From Picochlorum sp. SENEW3 (Eukaryota), in the NCBI GenBank assembly GCA_034226945.1, contig CP120459.1:558001-622000 (forward strand): DNA of 64,000 nucleotides, written 5' to 3'. The notes under the pieces are model-generated. The model had not been told where the DNA came from. It searched no databases and worked only from the letters and a program-made list of their open reading frames with translations. Both the position numbers and the translations under genes were made by a program. Below, piece by piece: positions 48,127 through 58,426 of the stretch (position 1 is its first letter; every line of letters begins with the position of its first letter).

Positions 48127-50414
48127 TCAAGATTCCTCAGAGACCGTGACGCTCTTGGCTAGATTGCGCGGCTGATCCACATTGTGACCTCTATTGACAG
48201 CCAAGTGGTATGACAGTAGCTGCAGTGGTATGATGTTGACGATGGGCTGAATGTATTCGTGGAGACTTGGAACTGGTAAGATGGTGGCACCACTGCCAGC
48301 CGTTGACATGATTTTGTCATCTTCTTCACTGCAGATGACAATCATATTTGCTCCTCTGGCCCTCAATTGCTCAATCACACTTATCATTTTTGTGTATACA
48401 GAGTCTGGGGTGGCAATAACGAGAATGGGCATGTGCTCGTCGACCAAAGCAAGGGGACCGTGTTTCATCTCACCAGCGAGAATACCCTCACTGTGCATGA
48501 GAGAAACTTCTTTGACCTTGAGGGCTCCTTCAACTGCTGTTGCGAAATTTGAGCCACGGCCAAATATAAGTAAGGAATGCTCGTTTGCCAGAGATGAGGC
48601 CAAGGCACTGATTTTGTCATCCAATGCCAGGGCCTTTTTGACTGCTTCAGACAGTGACTCGAGTGCTTCAATAACCTTTTTTCTCTCTTCAAACGAGGAG
48701 ACGGTATCACCACTCAACGATAGAGCTAACAACATCAGAACCACAATTTGGGAGGTGTACGCTTTTGTGCTTGCAACACCAATCTCAGCACCAGCATTGA
48801 GATGGACACCACAGTGGGTGAGACGTGCAATGGCAGAGCCCACTGTATTTGTTATGCCAACACACAGTGCCCCTCTCTTCAAAGCAAATTCCAATGATCG
48901 CAATGTATCAGCAGTCTCTCCACTCTGACTCATGAAAATACATGCATCGTCTCTGAATATAGGAGTCTGTCTGTCGAGCAAATCAGATGCTAGTTCACAC
49001 GCAACAGGCATGGAGATGAGGTTCTCAAGAGCTGGTCGACATGCAAGACCAGCATTGTACGATGTACCACATGCAACAATCACAAGTCTTCTACACCTTT
49101 TAATTGTTTCGATATGCTCTACCAAACCTCCAAGTTTAATCCTGGATTGGTCCATTGGAAGATCTTCGAAAATAACACGCCCCCTCATTGTTTGTAACAA
49201 TGTCTCTGGCTGCTCAAAAATCTCCTTTTGCATAAAATGTTCATATCCCCCCTTCATAATCTGCTCAACTTCCATATCAAGCTCCACTAATTCAGGATTC
49301 TTTCTCATCCCATTGATCCCATGTCCATCATTCTTCTCAAGCGTATTAAAAATAGCCAGCTTACCGTCTGACAGATGAACAACATCTCCATCTTCCAGGA
49401 CAAACACTTGCTTCGTGTGTTCCACAATGGCAGATGCGTCGCTCGATAAAAAGTATTCCAACTTATCGTTTCCATCCTTGACGTCACCGGAAAGAAGCGC
49501 CGTCCGTGGGGATGCCAAAGGACTCTGATTGCCAGCCTTCAACCCAAGAATGAGCGGTGAACCCTTCTTGCAGGCAAGTAGCTGTCCAGGATAATGCGTC
49601 GATCGAACGAGCAACGCATATGAGCCTTCCAATCGAGACATAACATCCATCAACATCTATATATATAATGATACTAGATTTGGATCAGGCAGGACATGAC
49701 AACATGGTGCAATGAAACAACAGACAAGGTGGACATGGAAAATCATGTACATTGCGGGCAGAGAGTGGGCTTACATCATGGCATAGAGACATCATATATA
49801 CAGATACACTAAATCGAGACACCTACCTCGGGAAAACTCGTGCTATTCCCCAGCGAATGATGCACAAACTTGCACATCTTGGCAATCACCTCTGTATCCG
49901 TATCAGACACAAACTCCTCCCCTTTGCTTTGCAAGAATTCCTTCAGAACATGGTAATTCGTAATAATCCCGTTATGAACGACCAGAAACTCGTCTCCATC
50001 CCCAGAAGACTGTGGATGTGCATTCAACGAAGAGGGCCGTCCATGGGTGGCCCATCTAGTATGGGCAATTCCACACTGAGTAACACCACCAGGCGCACTC
50101 CCCATGTCATGCCCCAGCCTCGAGAAGGTTGCCTTTGACAGCACTCTTAAATCCTCCACCTTGCCTTTCGCCTTCACCACGAGAGGCACGTCCCCATCCG
50201 TTCCATCAATGGCAAACCCAGCAGAATCATACCCACGGTATTCTAGTCTTGCCAACCCCTGAAGCAAGCAATCCACAATCTGCTGTCTCGTACAGCCAAC
50301 ATGATATGAATATAATCCAAATATTCCACACACTGTACAAAATACTCAGTCGTCAGCATACGAAGAAACCCTCATCAGTATCATCATCCACTTGGGTACA
50401 GGTATATACGCACT
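48127..50414 (-). CDS. GFAT: Glutamine:fructose-6-phosphate amidotransferase (GFAT/GlmS)
   Basis: (M)CGIFG, RLEYRGYDSAG, HTRWATHG, SQSGETADT, GVASTKAYTSQ and VDQPRNLAKSVTV. Introns 49657-49826 and 50333-50413; the latter splits the ATG. Confidence 0.95.
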
Positions 50415-50613
50415 CGTCTTCGAATTGATCCACTAATTTCTTCTCTGTTGAAGCATATCAAGAATGTATGTTGAGGCGCGAATGACCACGATGGATAGGG
50501 CAAAGGCCTTCAAGTTTCCTTGCAATTCTTTCCTCGCTTGAACCGGATCAGGCTTTTGAGGTGCAAACATAGTTCTTGAAAAAAGATTTTCTGAATTATT
50601 ATATTCAATTCAA

Positions 50614-51396
50614 CTACAGACCATTAAAGATGAGCGTGTCCTTTTTCACATCAGCGGGATTGGTAGGTCCGCAAGGATTTGCTGATGCATTCCACACAGA
50701 CACAGGATCCATCGTCACGTAGTACGGACAGTAGCATGTCGCATTGAACTTGTTCGCATCTGGGAGGTATGGACTAGAAGGACGTGCATCATAGCACGCA
50801 GCAGAATTACAATTGGTGTACGTCCCTCCATTGGGACACTGCACTGCTGCTGGGATATATCCTGCTGACTCGGCCCATTTGTTCGGATTAAAGGTGGATA
50901 TGAAATCTGGATTTGCTTTCGAATAGAGCGTCTTGTCATTCATCTCTTTGCAGAAGAGCGCCTGATTTGGATTCTGCTCAGACCCAATAGAGCACACTGT
51001 TGTATTTGTTCTGTCCTTGCAGACCTGCTTCATGGCATCCTTGATGGTCCGATCAAGGGTTCCTACGATCGCCCCTCTATTCAATACATTTTCAGGATAG
51101 GAAAAGCACCCACACTCTGCCACGGGTGGATCACTGTTGGGTACCTTGACGCATGTTGCATAGGCACATAATGCAAAGGGGCCTTTGCAATGCAACGCGC
51201 TCTTGGCATATAGTTTCGGATTGCTTGCTTGAGGTACTGCATTGTAGAATTGTTTCCAGTTTTGGGGTTTGACCGGGTAATCCCTTCTTTGTTGTACTGG
51301 GTCTTCAGTACTGCCACTCCAAATTCCTCGACACTGACCGTATCTCGCGCTGAAGAGTATTGCTGCGATGATTATTATTATTATCTGTAATTTCAT
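50614..51396 (-). CDS. Secreted cysteine-rich protein of unknown function
   Basis: 260-aa intronless ORF with a signal peptide (MKLQIIIIIIAAILFSARYGQC) and about 14 Cys in the mature part. Confidence 0.75.
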   Translation of the reverse strand: MKLQIIIIIIAAILFSARYGQCRGIWSGSTEDPVQQRRDYPVKPQNWKQFYNAVPQASNPKLYAKSALHCKGPFALCAYATCVKVPNSDPPVAECGCFSYPENVLNRGAIVGTLDRTIKDAMKQVCKDRTNTTVCSIGSEQNPNQALFCKEMNDKTLYSKANPDFISTFNPNKWAESAGYIPAAVQCPNGGTYTNCNSAACYDARPSSPYLPDANKFNATCYCPYYVTMDPVSVWNASANPCGPTNPADVKKDTLIFNGL

Positions 51397-51674
51397 GATG
51401 GGTGATTTTTTATTTTATGGAAAGCGCGATTGCATCATCATCTGGGTTGTACTGCATGATGCCAAACTGGCAGGGGATTCACACATTGCATTTTGGCAAG
51501 ACAGATCTAGATCTCCAATATTGGATTAATCCTGGGGATCTCTTATGTAAGAGATCTCGCCAGGAGGAGGTTGAAATTGAAAAGCCCATCCGATCCCATG
51601 ATACGTCCGTGATGGTTTACATAACAAAAATAATAGTTACTCCCAACACATATGCAATAAATAATGTCGATGGG

Positions 51675-53571
51675 ATGATGGATGAGGAGAGGGTAAAGAG
51701 AAATACGAGTGAAGAATTGTTTGCAGCATCTTCTCAATTCCAAGGTTCTCGGGAGGGATACTATTTTGGATGCGGAGACAGGGGTGTAGGATATTATATG
51801 GATGATGTATATGGTACGAAGAAGCGGCTAAAGACGGATCGATTTGCAGAGGTACGAGGTGGTGACGAATTGCTTCAACTGGTTGAGAAGGAGGCTGGGA
51901 TGTCGTCCCGTGGCCAGGATATCGATGCGAAGGGGTTGAAGAGGTTGCTTCAGAATCTAGAGAAGAGGTTTAATGTGAATGTGGAGCAGCGAGTGAAGTA
52001 CTCTGGGGAGCCACAGAAGTTTATGGAGTCTGAAGTGGAGTTGGATGAGGCTGTGTGTGCTCTGAATGTAGGTTGCGTTCTTTTATGGATCTGAAGACAT
52101 ATATTTCATGTCGAGATGATATTGTTATGTTTTTATTGTTGTAGGCTGTGACTGCTTCCGGGAATTTATATCATATGCTTGCGAGTCCGGATATTATTCA
52201 AATATTCTTGGCATTGGTTCAGCATGAGAATGGGGATATTGCCGCTGATACAATACAGCTCTTGTCAGAGCTGACAGAGGCGGATGCCGTTGAGAGTTTC
52301 GTACGTATATTCTTGATTGAATTAATTGTTGATGTGTATCGATTTGTCGTCACGCATAACATCAAATGTATATTTAGGAGGAGGAGGCTGGTGGCCTGAT
52401 AGATGCCCTTTTGGAGGGAGGATTGGTTCGCGTTCTTGTACAGACGTTGGAAAAGCTTGATGAATCTGTGAAAGAAGAGGCATCAGCAGTGTATAGTTCG
52501 TTATCTGTCTTGGAGAACTGCATCGATGTGAGGCCTGAATGTGCTCCTGGGGTGGCTGCGACAGCAGGTGTGATGGAATGGTTTTGCAACCGACTCAGCC
52601 CCAAGGCAGCGGTTGATAGTAATAAGCAGTATTCGTCAGAGGTGCTTGCTGTCTTGCTTCAATCAGCTGGTGTGGATGCACGGGTGAAGTTTGTTGAACT
52701 TGGTGGGGTCGATACGGCATTATTATCCATTGCTCCATACAGGTCCAAGGCGATGCAGACACCAGAGGAGGAAGAATTCGTAGAAAATGTTTTCGACGTG
52801 TTGTGTGCAGTGTTGATGGAAGACTGCGCAAAGCTGTCATTTTTAGATAATGAAGGAATCGAACTGATGATTCTGATGATCAAGGGCCGAACTGCAATCA
52901 GAACAGCTGCAATCAAGTGTTTGGACTTTGCAACGACAAAGTTCAATAAAGCTTGCGAACGCAGCGTAAAGAAGGGTATACTTGCTGTTATTTTTGGTGT
53001 TTTTATGGGAAAGCTGAAAATTAAAAAAGGGGACAAAAAGATGAATAAGAAACATATGGAGACAAATAGAAAGGAGGAAGAGATCCGTTGTGTCTCAGTA
53101 GTAAATAACCTTTTTGTGGGACTCGTCGATGATGAGGAGGGCAGGGCAAGATTGATTAGCAAATTTGTAGAATCAGAATATGAAAAATGTGATAGGTTGA
53201 TTGAGGTTTTGGTAGAATATGCTTCTAAAGTTGCCGTCGAAGAAGAACGGATCGCCCATGTCTTTGGTCAGGGTGGGGTGGTTGATGAGGATGAGATACT
53301 TTTAGCGCGAATGGATGCAGGCCTTTTCACGCTTCAACAGTGTGCTCTGATTATTGCTGAACTTTGGGCATCCAAGGATCATGGATTGAGGAAGAGAATA
53401 TTGCTCTTGCTACACCAGCACGAGTACACACTAGGGCTCATTCGAACATTAGTTGCAGAGTATGTAAAGTCTTTGGGCCCGATTGAAGAAGCAACGTCAG
53501 ATGGCTTACACAACCCCCAACTCCATATAACCAGAGTTACAGAGTGCCTCGAAATGCTTGTTAATCAATAA
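51675..53571 (+). CDS. CTNNBL1: Beta-catenin-like protein 1 (spliceosome NTC component), 3 exons
   Basis: PQKFMESEVELDE, HENGDIA, NKQYSSEVLAVLLQ, EEEFVENVFDVLC, KFVESEYEKCDRL and MDAGLFTLQ. Introns 52068-52144 and 52301-52377 restore the frame. Confidence 0.92.
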
Positions 53572-53580
53572 ATATTGTAT

Positions 53581-54480
53581 CTAAACCTGTTGTAATGGGC
53601 GCTCCAACACCAATGTAACTGGGCCATCAGAGACATATGATCTTTTCATAGCAGCTGCCACATCTGAAAATTTTTGGCGATCCGCTCCAAAGACAACGAT
53701 TTCTCTCTCAGGACCCTGTGCTATCAATGCCCCTTCTTTATATGTGACGACAGTCGTCGTTAGAGCTCTCAGTACATCACCAACAGCTGGAACCTTGTTG
53801 GAGATGGACGGGTCCAAAAGGGCTCTTTTACTCTGAGACTCCGCTTCGCTGTCGGGAATGAACTCTGCAACAAATACCCGCTTTAACCGTGGATCTTCTT
53901 CAAATATTATACCTAACGGTTTGGGAAGCGTCACAGTAACTAATTGGCTTGGTTCTCTCAAGATCTTGTCAAACAAATAGCTCTTGGGAAGGGTCCTCCC
54001 CACTGGACCTACGTTAATCCGTATACACTCGTCATCAGGCCCTTGCTCTGTGAGCCATGGTGTATATCGAACTGCTCGATATGCTATTTCGCCTTTCGCA
54101 TCCCGCGCAACCAGACTTTCTTCGTCTGCATCAACTTCATACTGTGATGTTCCAGTATACTCATTGGAATCCAGGCTAACAATACCATCCCTTCGTCTAC
54201 CGATCAAATACGCTGTTAAAGATCCAAAGACAAGCAATGGAATCGCAATGGATAGGATGAAGAATGTATCCTTGGATGCCTGGCATTCTTGATCAAAGCA
54301 GGTGGACACTGGTGGAACGAAAGCAAGAAAAGAGGATACGTGACACGCGGTTTTCTCTGATGCACATCTGGATTGTTTTCTTAAAATGCAAGGACTTTGG
54401 GTAATCCTGAGTGGATTTCGATGTCCGCCTAAAACCCGAGGTGCAATCTGTGCCCGTGAAAAGGATATCACAGGCTTCAT
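53581..54480 (-). CDS. Chloroplast membrane protein with a PDZ-like domain
   Basis: Transit-peptide-like N-terminus, one TM segment, VTLPKPLGIIFEE...VGDVLRA...VTLVLERP. Confidence 0.7.
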   Translation of the reverse strand: MKPVISFSRAQIAPRVLGGHRNPLRITQSPCILRKQSRCASEKTACHVSSFLAFVPPVSTCFDQECQASKDTFFILSIAIPLLVFGSLTAYLIGRRRDGIVSLDSNEYTGTSQYEVDADEESLVARDAKGEIAYRAVRYTPWLTEQGPDDECIRINVGPVGRTLPKSYLFDKILREPSQLVTVTLPKPLGIIFEEDPRLKRVFVAEFIPDSEAESQSKRALLDPSISNKVPAVGDVLRALTTTVVTYKEGALIAQGPEREIVVFGADRQKFSDVAAAMKRSYVSDGPVTLVLERPLQQV

Positions 54481-54592
54481 GGGGTACGACGATAAAGTTC
54501 CATGAATAGCAGTATCAACAAGAAAACTTGGAATTATTTATCATGATTGAAAATTTTGCAATTAGTCATACATGAAGTGCCTTCTGATACGT

Positions 54593-56539
54593 TCATTTTG
54601 AAAACGTTCCTTTGACAGGTACGTCATAGCCAGATGAGCACATTCCGGTCTTTGGGTCTCCAGGAGACCCAGGTGGGCATGTCCATTCGACCACTTTCAT
54701 GCATCCTGCATCCTCATGTTGCAAAAAGTGACAATGGACGACACTGATTCCGTAATATGGGCCTGGCTGTAACCGAACTGGAATACTGGATCCTCTCACC
54801 ATTGGTAAGAAGAGGGTGTCATGATAGTCACCTACTTCAAAATACTCTGTCCACCTGCTCCATGGGCGGATTGCCGAACTTGGGAGATCAATAATTTGGA
54901 ATGGATTTGTGTGAAGATGCAAAGGATGATTCCACAGCATGAACCACGACCATTCAACGATGCTACCCATTGGAGCCTGAAGGGGTGCCTTGTCTGGGAA
55001 TGAGAATTTCTCCCCTCCGATAGTGCACCCGACAGGAGAGCCTTGGAATGTTGCTCTTGAATCATACACAATTTTATTTGTTGCTTTATTAGCTTTGAGG
55101 TTGGCATCTCTGAGATCCGCAGCATAATCTGGTCTCAGAGGCCTGCATTTCTTTTGGCCAAGTGCCTCTTGCTCTTCACCCTTGCTGACCTCGATAAAGG
55201 CAAGCGTGTCTTGCTTGAAGGAGTGGTCAAGCATACTGTTGCCTCCTCCACCTCCTCCTCCATTGCCTCCTCCACCTCCACCTCCTCCTCCTCCATTGCC
55301 TCCTCCTCCACCTCCTCCATTGCTTGTCAAAAATGGAAGAGGCTCGTGTCCGGAAGAGAGTCTCAACTTTTTTGAAACACTATTCGTGCAGCGCACAAGA
55401 ACTTCCACTCGGCCTCCGGAAGGAAGTAACAAGTAGCTGACCTGTCTGGGAATGGCCAATGGATACACACCATCCTTGGCAATCAGTTGCATTTCACACC
55501 CATCTGCCACATCATCATTCTCATCAAGAATTTGCAATGCTGCAAATCGCTTGAATCCTGTCATAGCAAATCTCCATCTTTGCCATTCACCATCCTTCAA
55601 TTTGATGGTTGGCTGCCAACCGCCATTGATAAATCCTAGATCCATTTCGCTGCCAGTTCCATATAGAGCTTTCTTGGAATCATCATCATCATCACAGCAT
55701 AAAGCACTGTTTCCTACTTCTGATACCAATTGAATATTTGCATCATTCCAAGGATCCGCTGACATTGGAGCAGCAAATGTCATCAGAGAAATCTGTAGCA
55801 ACACATCTGGGCTATCCTCCAGAACCTCTCGAATCTGCTTACAACCGTTTGCATTTGGCAGCCATGCTGGGTCATCCTCAATCACGATCATCCCACTCGC
55901 CGAGTATGTCTGAGATGTGGTTGATCCATGCACATGTGGATGGTACCAATGAACACCGGGTAAGTGATCCTTAGGTAACCTGGATGTCAGCCTCAAGGTT
56001 TTTGTTTTATCGCTTGCCTTCTTCTTTCCTTCCAGCACAAGAAAAATATTGTCACCATTGGTCGTCTCATCCGTAGGATCCTGGTTATACTTTCCAGTAA
56101 CAGCATGTAATCCATGAGTATGGAAGTTGGTGTGACCAACATTGTTCTGCAGACTTGTATCCGATGAGGTGGACACAATCAGGTCATTTGCAACATCCAC
56201 TGTGAAGGAATCACCACGCTTCAATCTCAGCGTTGGCCCGAATAAATGAACAGTCTTCCCTCCATCACCTGAGTATACTGGTGCATTGACATGCAGCAGG
56301 GTGCTCTTACCAATCTTTGCCTCGACTGTAGCTCCCAAGATGGTCACGTTGACATTGGGCTCACCCCCCTGAAGAATCTTGGCTCCGGGCAATTTGTCCA
56401 AATCAACCCCAGGCCCAGGGACTGATATGACTGGATATTTGCCTTGAACAGGCATCATCATCCCGATGAAAACGCTCACATAGCGCAGAAACTGTAAGAC
56501 ACCGAGCATTGTAATGACAGAGACAGTGCCAGAGTCCAT
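54593..56539 (-). CDS. Secreted three-domain multicopper oxidase (laccase/CueO-like)
   Basis: Signal peptide and all four copper motifs: TNFHTHG, WYHPHVHG, HPLHLH and HCHFLQHEDAGCM. Confidence 0.93.
   Translation of the reverse strand: MDSGTVSVITMLGVLQFLRYVSVFIGMMMPVQGKYPVISVPGPGVDLDKLPGAKILQGGEPNVNVTILGATVEAKIGKSTLLHVNAPVYSGDGGKTVHLFGPTLRLKRGDSFTVDVANDLIVSTSSDTSLQNNVGHTNFHTHGLHAVTGKYNQDPTDETTNGDNIFLVLEGKKKASDKTKTLRLTSRLPKDHLPGVHWYHPHVHGSTTSQTYSASGMIVIEDDPAWLPNANGCKQIREVLEDSPDVLLQISLMTFAAPMSADPWNDANIQLVSEVGNSALCCDDDDDSKKALYGTGSEMDLGFINGGWQPTIKLKDGEWQRWRFAMTGFKRFAALQILDENDDVADGCEMQLIAKDGVYPLAIPRQVSYLLLPSGGRVEVLVRCTNSVSKKLRLSSGHEPLPFLTSNGGGGGGGNGGGGGGGGGGNGGGGGGGNSMLDHSFKQDTLAFIEVSKGEEQEALGQKKCRPLRPDYAADLRDANLKANKATNKIVYDSRATFQGSPVGCTIGGEKFSFPDKAPLQAPMGSIVEWSWFMLWNHPLHLHTNPFQIIDLPSSAIRPWSRWTEYFEVGDYHDTLFLPMVRGSSIPVRLQPGPYYGISVVHCHFLQHEDAGCMKVVEWTCPPGSPGDPKTGMCSSGYDVPVKGTFSK
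55241..55322. repeat. (CCT/CCA)n trinucleotide tract encoding poly-Gly blocks punctuated by Asn in the multicopper oxidase
   Basis: Directly visible; the protein reads NGGGGGGGNGGGGGGGGGGNGGGGGGGN. Confidence 0.95.
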
Positions 56540-56710
56540 GCAGTACTCAACAACGACTGATGTATATATGTATCACGATCTATATCCTTTCTTCCTCGAC
56601 AATGAAGAAAAATAATCATTAATTTATTTTATTTTTGTCGGAACCCTTTTGGTAAGTGTGACGCGTTGATGAGAATGGCTCGGATCGACACGTTGACTGC
56701 ATGTCGTGAT

Positions 56711-56747
56711 ACGTGACGTCACAGCGCTGTGACCTGCAGGTCACGTG
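56711..56747. promoter_or_regulatory. Cluster of interlocking palindromes (TGACGTCA, GTCAC/GTGAC arms, CACGTG) upstream of the multicopper oxidase
   Basis: gtgacgtcac 56713-22, gtcacagcgctgtgac 56718-33, gtgacctgcaggtcac 56729-44 and cacgtg 56742-47. The regulatory role is inferred. Confidence 0.5.
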
Positions 56748-57016
56748 CTGTGCCCGTGAACCACCAATCGGATTGACAGTGTGTTGTGATGTGTACCCTT
56801 CCTTGTTGATTCAGTTCAGCGTGATGAATTGAATGTTGACAGTGTTACAAATACTATTGCCTGTGGAGTATGCTAAACCAAGGTTACTTGGTTGATTTGA
56901 GCAATTTGAAAATTCTTCTGCCTACAGAGTGCATCAGCCACTTTGACAAGTCATTGCTGATGCATGCGTTCTATTACCATTCCAGAGGAATCAAAACGTG
57001 TGTACACTAACACAGG

Positions 57017-58426
57017 TCAGTTAGGTCTGATTGATATTGGTTTTGCCGACATCATGGTGCCCTGTCCAGGCACATTATAGACGGCATATGTTGCTGTTCC
57101 GACAAACAGCTGCTCATGCGAAACAAAGGTAGTTTCTTTCTCAACATGCCCAACGATTGGATAGGGATGCAGTGGGCTCAGCAAACTTGGATCGATGTAC
57201 ACGTATGCATGCCGTTCAGATGAGTACTCATAGTTGTCCAATGGCCAATTCTTTTCCTCCTCGGGGAGAGGCTCCTCCACAGTTTCTGACTCTGCGTCAG
57301 GACTCCGACAGGAGTGTGGTATACAATCTCTGATGCCTTCAAACCATATGTGGTTCAGAACAACTTCTGCTGATGGTCTTTGCGCAGGATCAGCACGCAA
57401 AAGATCCCCAATGAGCGACATGGCAGCATTGTCAAATCCAAGGACTTTGAATTGGGTATTTTTACTGTGGACTCCATCACTTGGCCCATGGTCACGAGCA
57501 AGTCTGTTCACATCTCTCATCTTTGATTCTAGATGAGAATCCATCCATTCTTGCTGCCTGTCAACTGATGAAAACATAGTTTGACCCCCACATATACCGA
57601 CGCCAAGCTCTCCAAAAGGCATCTCACCTCCGGATAAGAGGGAAAACAGGATACAGCCAAAGCTCCACATGTTGCCTTTCTCTGTCACTACAAGTGCATT
57701 TTCTGAGCAATATACATTCTCGGGAGGACAGAAGCCATCTATTTCCCTCTTCGCGCCCATTCTGGTGGGAAATGCCTTGCCCAACAAGGCTATTTCCTTT
57801 GCATTGTCTTGTCCTGCCTGTATAGATGCCCGGGCTGCACCATCAGCAATTTGCAGAACAACTGACTGCAAGTTCATCTTCTGATGCACACTATTTCCTG
57901 CGTGCATCTCGAGCAAATCTTTTGCAACGCTGTACAACATTGCTTTTATTTCCAGGAGGGTGATGCCATGACCCCGTTCAGATTCCAAAAGGTCTGAGAG
58001 AGGAATAATTGGATCCTGCGCATCACACTTTACAGCACTCGACTCCTCTGTCCCCTGACTTGATGTCCACATGGTTGAATCCCCCCCAGAAGAATTCCAA
58101 AAATCGGTGTCTGTCAAAGCACTCGATCCGCTACCTACTCCAAGACTCCCTGTTGTGTCATTACCCACAGAGGCACCATGTGCAGGGACTGCTGCATCAA
58201 AAAGTGTTTGAAGATTTTTCCTCACAACTGGCCTCTTTCTCTTCAGAGGACGAGATTCAAGACACATTGTATACAAATCATCGCATTTGTTGCTATATCC
58301 ATGGGGAAAACTCCCATGGGCAAATTTCTGTCCCGCCTGATCTGATGTTCGAGTGGCCTCCCACTCACTCTGCTGCGAGTCGAGAGACTCGACATAGTCA
58401 GCCTTCTCTGGAAACTGATTCATCAT
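57017..58426 (-). CDS. Protein-kinase-like protein, probable pseudokinase
   Basis: C-lobe motifs present (FCPPE, NMWSFGCILFSLLSG, LLRADPAQRPSAEVVLNHIWF), but HQKMNLQSV replaces HRDxKxxN and there is no DFG or Gly-rich loop. Confidence 0.75.
   Translation of the reverse strand: MMNQFPEKADYVESLDSQQSEWEATRTSDQAGQKFAHGSFPHGYSNKCDDLYTMCLESRPLKRKRPVVRKNLQTLFDAAVPAHGASVGNDTTGSLGVGSGSSALTDTDFWNSSGGDSTMWTSSQGTEESSAVKCDAQDPIIPLSDLLESERGHGITLLEIKAMLYSVAKDLLEMHAGNSVHQKMNLQSVVLQIADGAARASIQAGQDNAKEIALLGKAFPTRMGAKREIDGFCPPENVYCSENALVVTEKGNMWSFGCILFSLLSGGEMPFGELGVGICGGQTMFSSVDRQQEWMDSHLESKMRDVNRLARDHGPSDGVHSKNTQFKVLGFDNAAMSLIGDLLRADPAQRPSAEVVLNHIWFEGIRDCIPHSCRSPDAESETVEEPLPEEEKNWPLDNYEYSSERHAYVYIDPSLLSPLHPYPIVGHVEKETTFVSHEQLFVGTATYAVYNVPGQGTMMSAKPISIRPN

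Noticed and set aside
48251..48928. Long antisense ORFs (225 aa here; also 34596-35282 and 17951-18592)
   Set aside because: They are shadows of conserved genes on the opposite strand and have no motifs of their own.
49657..49826. Apparent split or pseudogenised genes (GFAT, MOCS3, CTNNBL1, DNAJC8, TL29, TPR protein)
   Set aside because: Canonical GT-AG introns restore continuous reading frames in each case.
50345..50392. Box C/D-like words (GATGATGA...CTGA) in the first GFAT intron, suggesting an intronic snoRNA
   Set aside because: The span is only about 45 nt, the CTGA words coincide with the branch-point consensus, and I found no terminal stem or rRNA guide.
55182..55436. Poly-proline, extensin-like ORF on the + strand
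   Set aside because: It is the reverse complement of the poly-Gly tract of the multicopper oxidase.
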